A DNA stretch of 64,000 nucleotides, from positions 2,482,001-2,546,000 of the forward strand of contig CM119378.1 of NCBI GenBank assembly GCA_051294905.1. The letters are read 5' to 3'. The translations under genes and the position numbers were made by a program. Positions 25,601-36,800 of the stretch are shown piece after piece (position 1 is the first letter of the stretch; each line of letters starts with the position of its first letter). Under the pieces are notes generated by a model. That model searched no databases. It had not been told where the DNA came from and saw nothing but the letters and a program-made list of their open reading frames with translations. The DNA comes from Botryllus schlosseri. Its lineage: Eukaryota.

Positions 25601-25890
25601 TAAGGTTCCTTTTTATTTGGAGGGTTTAGTTTAAGATAGTAAAACCTCAATCCAATAAAGTACGTTGAGAGCTTTGTAGGATGTGTTTCGCATCATAAAC
25701 GGACCTAAACGGGCAAATGCGCCCTTAATACAGACGTTTTTTTAGTAAAATTTTCAATCGACTTTTTCGAAAAAGTGTGATGTGATGGGTTAATTCTGAT
25801 GGCAAATTAGGAATCAGCATCGTCAAATTAGGTAAACACAATTAATCGTTCTAAAAAAAGAAAAAAAAGGTTTAAAAATGTCGACCAGTG
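22689..25890 (+). mobile_element. Degenerate Chapaev3-like (CMC superfamily) DNA transposon
   Basis: CACTG...CAGTG termini with GGTCGACAT TIR core; 3-bp TSD AAT supported by the empty site near 56945; transposase remnants inside. Confidence 0.65.
24475..25625 (+). pseudogene. Chapaev3-like transposase remnant
   Basis: Across frames: LPFGVP/MVWRQPHGHGKDCYF; LNQAELNNCVKNLNLPNESALIVGSRLK; LRLFIYASSLKAVLPHN; TRYPCFMCE; FPPL*FKLYLMKKFLKAL; EGAFVGSQIRIL. Confidence 0.7.
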
Positions 25891-27738
25891 AATGGGCCGT
25901 CTACAACGGTAGGCCTAAAGCAGGATACAAGCGAAATGAAGGTTGTAAGAAAAAATTTACTTTGAAAACAATTTTGACATTTTTTTGACCTACCGCTGCA
26001 ATTTTGACAAGAATTTGACTTATTTTGACATGTCAGAAAATATCGCCCTAATGATAAGATATATCCAAAGGCAAGGCCCTGTACATAGAAATCCGCCGAT
26101 TTGATACAACTCCGAAACTATCTGGAATTCTAGATTACATATAATGTACTATAAGATTACATGCTATGTTATACATGGAAATTTACTCGTGCTGGTTACT
26201 TCAAGGATCAAATATAATACACATATATATAGGCTTATGGATACGGAATTATAGCCTGCCGACACTCGTTCTGACGGTGATCAGCTCAGTTCAGTTTCAG
26301 TTGCGTAGTTATTCAGATGTCGTGTTCGCTATGATTCATATGAAATAAAGATAGAGTCAATATTGTCGATAATGTGTTATATCACCGCTGCATACAGAAA
26401 TAAAGCATATGGTAGATATCGTAGTGGGCGTAGCGAATAATGAACAGTGAACACGAGCAATCGGAAAGGCGTTTAGCAAGGTTGTAACAGCTCTACGGAC
26501 TATCGGCGGATCGGATTGCTTTTCGTTGTAGCTTACATGGCGTTAACTATACTGAAGGGTATTTGCATATTATCTAAAATATGATTTCACATCCCTGTTG
26601 AAAATACTTGCCCCTGAACTCTTCATTCCGGCTTCGCCCCCATGTGACAATATTCAATAACAGGTCAATAAGGGATGTGGTTTAGGATAGTACTGTTGAA
26701 TATGGCTGAGATAGACAGCTCCTTATTTTTCATGACTACAAGTGTTATAAACGATTGATTTGATAAGGTCATTATACCCAACAACTTTCCATCCGTATTT
26801 CACGCTTTCCACTCGAATTCAAAATTTGTTAGCCGTCGAGAAGATTGCAACATTATCACTAGGGCAAGTTTTTGTTGCAGTCAAATGCGTGGAATGTTGC
26901 ATTTATTTTTCACAAAAGTTGCAGTAAAAAGTTGCATATAAATAAATAATTGGATCAGTAAGGTGAATCAAGGTCACTTCGAAATGATTACAAAGATCCA
27001 TTTCCTCCTGTGATATACATATCCATTTTTCCATAATGACTTCAAGATGAGCTGCTAGCTAGATAAAAATGAACAGGGTTGACGTTACATGTTCATTTGA
27101 AAAATTTGTTTGTCAATTTTGGTGGCATAATTGTTGCGATCATACCCAAATGTGTCGTCTGAAGCGTTACGCTTTATTATTACATTCGCCACCACCTTTC
27201 TTGCCTAAATGGAAATTTACAGCACTCGCTCATATCAAATCGAATGCGCGGATTTTCAAGACACGACCACGTATTTCAAGAAATGCAGTTGCAGAATTCG
27301 CTTTGAAATAATAAAAGACAACCCAATTTTTACATAAATAGTACGATGTCATTTCAAAGAAAAGTTATTTTGTTGCTGTTTATCACTAGCCTACAGTTAT
27401 CATTTGCACAAGACAGATGACGATTGTACGATAATTGAGCTAAATTCGAAGTAAAACTTCGGGGAGTCCGCGGGGGTCAGTGACGGTCCAAAACGGGTCC
27501 CCGAAGACAAAGAGGTTGAGAACCACCGCCCTACATGATGTAATTATATTTTGTCGTCTGCTGAATGATATGGACCAGCATTACAATTTGTAATGATACA
27601 ATACTTATATCACGTAGGCTTCCCTGGTGGTCATACAATTAACGATGACTTTGATTTAATGTGTAAGATTACTAGCTTGATCCGATTTGGTATATATATA
27701 TATACAAATTTCATATTCGTCCACGTGTTATTCAAACG

Positions 27739-27811
27739 ATGATGCCTAAAGTTGAATCTCATCATTTAAAGAGCCGCATTCTTCTCGCAATGATGGTCGG
27801 ATGTATCTCAG
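27739..27811 (+). CDS. Paralog A exon 1 (signal peptide MMPKVESHHLKSRILLAMMVGCIS)
   Basis: ATG, hydrophobic stretch, cag/gtatgt donor conserved in paralog B. Confidence 0.65.
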
Positions 27812-30800
27812 GTATGTTGTCGAAACGTTATGGAATTCTCGCCATGAAGTCACGTTATGAGTATGACGAACGTGTACGTGTATGCATTCCCTTATGCATA
27901 TACAATTATACATACTGGTTGTATGCAGAGGTGGTCAAAGTGACGCTAAGTAAGTAGGCTAGCTGTAAGAAGCAGGGTTCGTGCTGCCACTTATACCAAG
28001 AGGTACAAAGTTTCCACACATAACCATTCGATCGCATCATGGGATGCAAATGATAGTGTTGTTTTGGAATAGTAGTTCTTAACCTTTGTTTGCCCCAGCG
28101 CCCCATTAAAGATAATGTCATGGTACGGTACGAAAGGCAATACGGAGTTGTATCAGACACTGCCTTAACGATTTGCGCGATTATTGTGTGCTAAACAAAA
28201 TGTGGTAAATCATAAATATGCCATTTACATTTATTTTACTTCGGGGGGAAAAGGCAACAGTGCAACGGGAGCTACGATAACTTACGTGCACTTAGTTTTA
28301 AACTTTCACGTGTATGTGCTCAAAGAACTCAGATTAATTGAAAAATCTCTCTGTACGATACCATGCATAAAGAGGATTACAACTTTACTATAACTTATCA
28401 AAAATAAAATATATTTCATGTCTTTTGTTTCCAGACAGTTTCGACGGTGGTTGAATCTCAACGTCCTGACGCTTAAAAGTAAAGTATACGAATAAAGATT
28501 CTCTCTCTCTCTCTCTCTCACTTTCTTTGGTATTTGAACACACCCTGTGCGGGTAGAATGCTGACGATGAAATAGAGGCCAGAGTTCCAAACATTTTTTC
28601 TGAGCCATATTGACTGTGATAAAACGTGTCATATGGGTTATGAAATGAACAACGCAACCCGCTACCTAATTTATATTAGCTGGTACTTCGTTGAAAACAT
28701 ATTTGTCACTCCATATCTATTTCGCGCGAAGCACGAATATGATTCCGGAATTTCCTTAAATTTTGTGATAGTAAAATTGTTGTTTTTGGTACTCGTAGAA
28801 AACAATTTCTCGATTTCACAGTCTCAGTCTCTGTCTCTCTCTCAATAACTACTTCTACTTTACAAACTGTAAATACCGAAAAGTGAATGAGTAAATCACA
28901 AAATTTGCCGAAGTAGAAGTAGAGAAAATTAGATATACTTGAGTACGTACCAGAAGTAGAGGAAACTACTTGAGTACTTCGAAAAAGTAGAAGTACTTCG
29001 TTACTGACCACCTCTGGCAGTATGTAATGGTTATTAGTAGGGCAAGTTTTTGCAACTTTTGTAACCTTTTCTTACAGCGTCCCACAGCTTCCCAGATACT
29101 CAGAATCTATGTCTTATGATGTTATAAGCTGTTTGGAGGGATTTTATAGTGCAACTTTTTGCAACTTTTACTCTATTTTTCATGCCAATTTTTACTGCAA
29201 CATTTATCAAATATTGCGTGGAAATGTAAAGGAGTGATTTACAAACATGCTATAAACTATTTCTAGTATGGTTCTATTCTCTTTGATATGCATAACAAAG
29301 AGTTATATTATGGGTTACCTGCATTTCACTGCTATCTATGACACTATGGCCTGTAAGCAAGAAGTTTAACTACCCCTGTAAAGCACGACCGTGCCCGAAC
29401 AAAATATAAACAGATCGCTTTATTAAATCTGTCGTTTAAATTTGAAATCCAGGCTACAGTGAATTTTTATGTAATGCCTTGGGTCACGTTTGCAGACCTA
29501 GGGGTTTTTGGGTGTGTTAGTCGACTTGTTTGAGAGCAGTGGTTCTCAACCTTTTTGTCTTCGTGGACTCCTTTCGGACCGTCACGGACCCCGCGGACCC
29601 CCAAGAAGTTTTAGTTCAAATTTAGCTCAATTATCATGCAATCGTTATCTGTCTTGTTCAAATGATAACTGTATAGGCTTAGTGATAAACAGCAACGAAA
29701 TGACTTTCCTTGAAAATAAGATCATACTATGTAGGAATTTGGTTGACTTCTATCATTTCAAAGCGAATTCTTCAACTGCATTTCTTGAAATACGGGGTCG
29801 TGTCTTGAAAATACGTGCCTCACTTTGATATGTACAAGTGCCGAAAACCCATTTCTACATCGATAGGTGTCGACGAATGTAACAATACCGCGTAACGCTT
29901 CCCGACGACACATTTGGGTATGATCGCAACAAATATGGCACCAAAATTGACAAACAAATTTTTTAAATGAACATATTACGTCAAGCCTGGTAATTTCTAT
30001 CTAGCACAGGGGCGGCCAACCCGTGGCCCACGGGCCAATTATCGAAACTAGTTATATTATCAAAAATAAATTACTTATTTATTGTGAACTTGCAAGGCCA
30101 ACCAAAAATTAGATTAGTCTGACCTCAAAATTTGGTATTGATGACTGAAATATCATTACCGAGGTATTGGCGTATCCCGTGGCCAGTCACATTTTCGTAG
30201 ATCCCCATATATGACTATGAAGTAGAATATTCCGCGTATTGGCTGAATTCTTCGATACTGAAAATTCCAAGTGCCGAACAATTTTTGAATTGCCAAATGA
30301 GTCCAACGGTATGCAGAGGCGAGCCACAATTTATGCAAGTAACTTATTATTGACCGAATTCATTCATTGACATTAAAAAATTTTCTCGCTGCGCGTGTCT
30401 ACGTCATGGATTAACACTGAGTCTTCATGCCATAATTGTTATTGATTTTAATGCGTATCATTATAAATGTCGTTTTCACCAGTACCCAATCTGTTAAAGG
30501 TCATCGGCATTCAAGTGGCCCACGCAATGGCTCGTAAATCTCAAGTGGCCCTTTGACCGTAAAGGTTGGCCACCCCTGGCTAGCTGCTTATCTTGAAGTT
30601 ATTATGAAAAAATCAATGTGTAGGCTTATATCATAGGAGAAAATGTTTTTTGTAAATATTTCGAAGTCACCATGATTGACCTTACTCATCCAACGTCCCC
30701 CCACAACCCCCAACTAAAGCATCTCTAAACAGCAAAATGTCCGTATCAGTAGGCTATTGGCAATTTAGCAATCAATATGAGTCTGCACAGTAGGAATTTC

Positions 30801-33800
30801 ATCTCAGATGGCCATTCTGTTGATGCGAGCTCTGGAGTTTTACTTGTAACGCAGGGAAACTGCCTCGTTATTTTCCGAATTAAGAAAATTAAAATTAGGT
30901 GATCAAGTATTTTGAGGCTTCGCGGACCCCCGGTTGAGAACCGCGGATTTAGAGAGAGGGGATTATCGCTATGCTGTTTGGATTTTTATAGGGGGGAGGG
31001 GGATTGTTCCCGAATTGCGTCATTTTCTTGTTGTGTGCCGGGAAAATGTAATTTTTGGCGGTTTTGTCGGACCGTTAAATGGCGAAGTAACAAATTTGAC
31101 TGCTTTGCAGGAACTAATTTATACAACGGAACCTTTCGAGTATCTCATACCCTTAATAATTCAACAAAAATTATGAATGCAGCTTTTTACTGCAACTTTT
31201 GTTAAAATTAAATGCAAATTTCTCGCGATTTTAGTGCAACAAAAACTTGCCCTAGTTATTAGGTTATAATTGGAGCCCAACCGATATCAGAATAATGCGC
31301 CGATGCCGATATCCCCGATATTGAAATGTGACATTTTTCAACTGGAAGTTCTAATTTGTGGCAGCAATTTGAAAATGATATCACATATAAACTTGACTTA
31401 CAAAGCATGTCGAAGGACAAGTGTGACGTCGTTGTGTCGTCATTTCATTGTTACGTATGATGGCGGTCGTTTACACTCTATTTATTCAGCGAAGTCTTCA
31501 TGCATATCTTCAACTATATTTGCATTCAAGATTTAATTATGGTGTTATCATAATCCTCGATGTATTTTGCAGTATCGTGTTTTGAAGAATTGAAAGAGAC
31601 TATTGATGTGTGCACGAACACGACTGGGAAGATACAGCAGAGTGGAAATGTATATAAGCAATGGCTGTTTGACTCCAGCAGCTGCTCTACCAATGGATCG
31701 CTAGTATTCAGTTTGGTAAAGGGAATCGGAATTTGGTACCAATGTAATAATCGGCCTGTTACATATTGTACCAGCCGCTTGAAGCTTCTAGTAACAGGTA
31801 GTAATGTAAACAGAGATACAATTTCAATACGTCTCAGCAAGGGAATCACATAGTTTCAACCAGTTTACTTTCCTCTTGATTGCACGAACTTTTCACAGTG
31901 ATATGCGTGATATGAATTAGTGACATACAGTATTCATGAACCAGACCAAACATTGCATTCGTTTTTAAAACACGCAGTTTTAACGTCACAATGATGGGTT
32001 TGTTTATTCAATTGCTAGATAAGAATCTGGATCACGACATCACATAACGACTTCGAATTTATATATAGACAGCGCGTCTAGCTTGTAGCTTCCACGTATT
32101 CTACACTCCAAGGCGCAAGAAAGCATAGTCATTATACTTCGAACTACTCGAAGAATCAGTTACTGAATATAAATCAGACTTAATCGAGGGAAAACGAAAC
32201 ATAATTTATAAGCTCCCTTTTAAAATTTCCCCAGTAATAGGTACGTATACGTAGATTCTTCAATAGGGGTATTCAAAAATGACTTTTTTTCTCAAATTGT
32301 ACTGGCTATACTTGATGAAATTGTTAGGTTACCTAATTTAGGCCTACACACCAAATTTGGCCCAATTCCAACCATTAGCCGCATTGCTACAGGATAAGAG
32401 AGTTTCTATTTATTATATAGAAATAAATATCAAATACTTTGAAAATTTTCAGTTCACCCCATCAAAGTGTTAGGTTATCTAAAGAAACGATGTTCACAAA
32501 ATTTGGTTCAATTCCAACCAGTGGAAGCGGAGTTATTGCCGTCGAAACATTTGGATTTGAATAAAATAGTATTAACGAATCGGTCACCGTGAATACTATT
32601 TTGTTCATAATACAAATTTTTCGACGGCAATAACTCCGCTTCCACATGGTTGGAATTGAGCCAAATGTGGTGTGTAGGCTTAAGTTAGGTGACCTAACAA
32701 TTTTATCAAGTAGCCAGTACGATTTGAGAAAAATGTCATTTTTGAAGACCCCTATTCTCCAATGTACATTCCATTATATCACCACGGGGCCCTGGCTGAG
32801 AAACACTATAGTCTTAGGCCTACATCTGTGACTGTATTGTATAGATATGTAAATTGATAAGTATGATTACGGATACCTAAATCTATGACTAAGAAATAAT
32901 AATACAAGGGAAACCGCCGCGATCGACTCGTAATGACTGGAAGATCGCAATCGACGAGTTGGTAACCCCTCTTAGCTCAAAGTATTTCGAAACTGTTCAG
33001 TTCATGGTCGGAGTAAAGACGTTCTCGTATATATACAGGTATCCCTATTCGCACAATATTGTGGATAGATCGCTCACCATATAAAGACATATCTGTATTC
33101 ATGGACGGCTTTCCAGTGAGTGTGCTCTTTTCTGGAACTGCTGAATATCACGAGATCGCAATAAGATACATCTTCACACAATTTGGTAAGCAGCCTGCAA
33201 TAAATATATATTGTTATGCGAAAAATAAAACAGGTTATCATAGATTCTCCGCTTAGGTGCAATGTAATCGGTCAATACTACAAGCTTGACAATGCAGTCA
33301 TATATAGACGAGAGATGTGCTACCTTACACGAATATGTTAATTATTATTAATAAAATGCCATTAATCACTTTTATAGTTTTCATTTATCCGACTTGGACT
33401 ACTTTCCGCGAATCTGTGTAGTGTCACATAATGAATATTGCCGTTGATTGTGGTTCGGTAAAACTTTATTTATTCACCCCGTGTAAGCTATATGCTCGCA
33501 TATATAGATGATGCATTATCAAGCACAGACTCTACGGTGACCTCGACCGTAGCAGACTATACGACGACATCATCGATCACCTACGAACCCTACACTACGT
33601 ATCCAGTAACCACCAGAAGTAAGTGACACAGACATACATGAATAGCAGAGACGAGCATGGATTAGGATTAGGTTTTGAAAAAACAGGATTTGTGAAATTT
33701 TGTCGGATTTGGATTGGATTTGGATTAGACATTTTTTTCAGAACGGATTAGGATTTGGATTGGATTTATGTATTTTCTGGGAGATTGAAATGTCGTGTGG

Positions 33801-36800
33801 CGAATGGCGACCAAGGGCGTAGCCAGAAAAAATATTTGGGGGGGGCGAAAAATTCGATGACATAAATGAACCCCTCCCCTAAAGGTAAGGAGAAAATACG
33901 TACAGACGATGGTTTTAGGGCCCTTATTGGATGATTAACACACCATCTGGGGCGATCGTTACACCTATATTCCACTCACAGACATAAAGTGCTGTAATAA
34001 TATAATGATTGTGGAAAACTCCGGCGTAAACACTTTCGCGCGAAGCGCGAAAATTTTTCATGGTTAGTGAATGAAATTGGTTCATTATATTGTTACTTGC
34101 ATATTGCAAATACGTTTTCATTTTCAGATTTACCGGTATGGCTAATAGAAGTGGTGTCATCGAACATTCAGAGGACACTTAATTATAGACATCTTGAACT
34201 ATGTTCATACCACACGGCAAGACTATTTATGAGTTTCTTTTTTCGACACGCCCCCCTTTATGACAGTGGAAAATTTCGCGTCCCCCTTATCGTCATATCA
34301 CAAAATGCAACAAGAATGCGAGCAATCCCAACGGATTGTTTGATGGCATGGAAGGTTATATGACTGTTGATGAGAGAATTCACAAATTTGAAATTCGGAC
34401 TATACACATAGCAATAACCACGAATCGGAGATAAATCGCGCCGAGCGCGAAATTTTTTTTCAGTTGACCGAAGCTTCGTGCCCCCTTCATTCATTATATT
34501 TTCAGTTATTGCTGTTACTTCATGACTTATGGAGAAAGCAGTCATCACTCAAAAGATCGCTCACATGCAAGGTTGTAGCCAGAAAAAAAACATTTTTTTT
34601 GAGGCGGGCAGTTTAGCGAAGCTCCCCTGTGGGAACACCTCGCAGAACTGTATATCCTTCCATGGGTAATTTCATCACTACCCTTTATACATACGATTCT
34701 TAGACGCACACACACACACATACCCTATGGAAGCTCCCTGTTGCCAACTATAGCTTATTGGGCGATCGTTTCACGGACGAGCCCAAATCGCTGACATTAG
34801 GTGACGAACAATCAGTGTGAATTTCGGGCCTAGTCGCGCGGAGCGGAATTTTTTTTTGAATAAATGGAAGAATTTGATCAATAATATTGGAGCGTGTATA
34901 TGAGCAAGTGGCGTCCATTGTTATTACTTTAATTCGTTGAAGCACGGTTATTTAGTAACCTCTCGTAAAGATTGGCGCTAGTTGCAAGATTGGAATCGCT
35001 GATACATACCAGACCAATTAAAAAACTCCTTTGATCAGACTCGTGCGATTTCAAATTAGCACTTTTTAACGGGGTGGTGACATTTTCCTGTGCCAGACGC
35101 ATTAATGTCGGAGGGGTCTAATTGCAGGGACAGGATGATTAAGCGTGAGCCATTTAAGCACCCGAAAATATATATCTTGGGCTTCTGAATACATGCGTCG
35201 GTTTTATGACCGTCACTTTGCGGAAGCGTGTGCGTGGCCTGCTTTATATGTCTTCGTGTGTCCCGGAACGGAAATTGCCGGAACTAACATTCCCCAACTC
35301 CCATACTGAACTGACAACCCTGGACTCAATCAACCCAACGACCTCTGGCTACTCTAGTGTATCTGCTTGTACTGATGTATTCTCATAAATGAAAATGCAG
35401 CTAAATCTAATTATAGGTATTTGGTATTTGCAGAAGAAATTTCTTTTGGGATAACGATAACGAAATCAAGACATGTACGGTCACTAAATCGCGCGAAGCG
35501 CGAAGAAAAATTTTAGGTTGCATTCATCTGCCCAAAATATTCTAATATATTTATTGATTTCACGAAAATTTTCCGAAAATTTGGGGGGGGGGGGCGATCG
35601 CCCCTTTCGCCCCTCTCTGGCTACGCCAATGATGGCGACCAACTTCATTCAGATCAGTTATTAATGTACTTATGGTTACTAGGTTATGGTTTCTAGGTTA
35701 TCTTGAATCAAGTGAATCGTTGGTTGTGAAAGAAAATTTTCGAATCCCTCCATTGCATAAATTAGTTTTTTTTTTCTGAATTTCCAGTTGGAACCGGATT
35801 AGGATTAGACATGGACTTGAAAATGAAAAATTATTGGATTAGGATTTGAAAGTTCGGATTTGGATTGGATTAGGACATAGAAATTTCAAATCCGCTTATC
35901 TCTGATGAATAGTCCTATGTATTTCCGATTGAACAACAGAATCCTGTTTCAGAGCAGCAATCTGAGCGTCGCAAAAGTACATTTGATATCTTTCAAATCT
36001 TAACCATTGTATTGGGAAGTCTGCTGCTTATCACGGTCATCATGCTAATATTATCTCTGGCAAGGTAAGAAATACTCGTCATCTTTACAGGTCTTCATCA
36101 TCAACATTTTTATTATGCCGTTGACCAATTCAAGATTTTAGTAGAATTGCAATACTGTGAAAAGAATGGTCGGAGTCGAAACCACTTGACCAAGTCAATC
36201 AGAGTATAATCATAATCATAGTGAGTGATTTCCAATATATTCATCCGCTGGAGACCCCCCCCCCCCACACACACACAATGCACAAGGCGATACCCAAGAC
36301 CACAATGAGATGTAATGAACAGAAATAAGGATGCAAGACTCCATAAGAACAGCAACTCACATCTCGCTTATCCAAGATTACACAGTTCTGTTCCCAGAGG
36401 CACGTGAGAATTGAGGCTTTTCACGGAAGCTGAATTTGCGAGGAGTCATACATTTTTAATAGTAACGACGACATGCAACACGACAAACGACGACAAAGCA
36501 GTTTTTGAAGAGCAATGTTCATGTTCATACGACCTCGACTCCAAACTCCAGTGTTGGCTGTTTATCTTAATCTCCTCACCATCTGATCCGCATAAGCGAT
36601 GTCTTAATGAAGCCTAGAAGCGGGCTGTGCTACAAGTCGGGGATACAGAATAGTAATAAAGAATATCGGCATGGTGTAAAGTGACCAATGTAGTCGAAAA
36701 ACCATAAACACCAAATCATAACGACATTTTCCGCCTGGCATTCAGGCAGGAACTCGCTACGCGTCAACGCCGTCATGACCTCGAAGAAATGCGGCATAAT

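Larger units (their letters stand above)
22198..26050. mobile_element. Non-autonomous hAT-type element expanded by nested insertions (same family as 56356-57158)
   Basis: TAGGG...CCCTA termini; perfect TSD ATGATAAG; ttttgac subterminal repeats; flanks align with the 803-bp empty copy. Confidence 0.85.

Noticed and set aside
31715..31725. Alternative donor TTG|gtaaag within paralog A exon 2
   Set aside because: Phase 0 is incompatible with exon 3 and the GT is absent in paralog B; the downstream ACAG|gta donor is shared.
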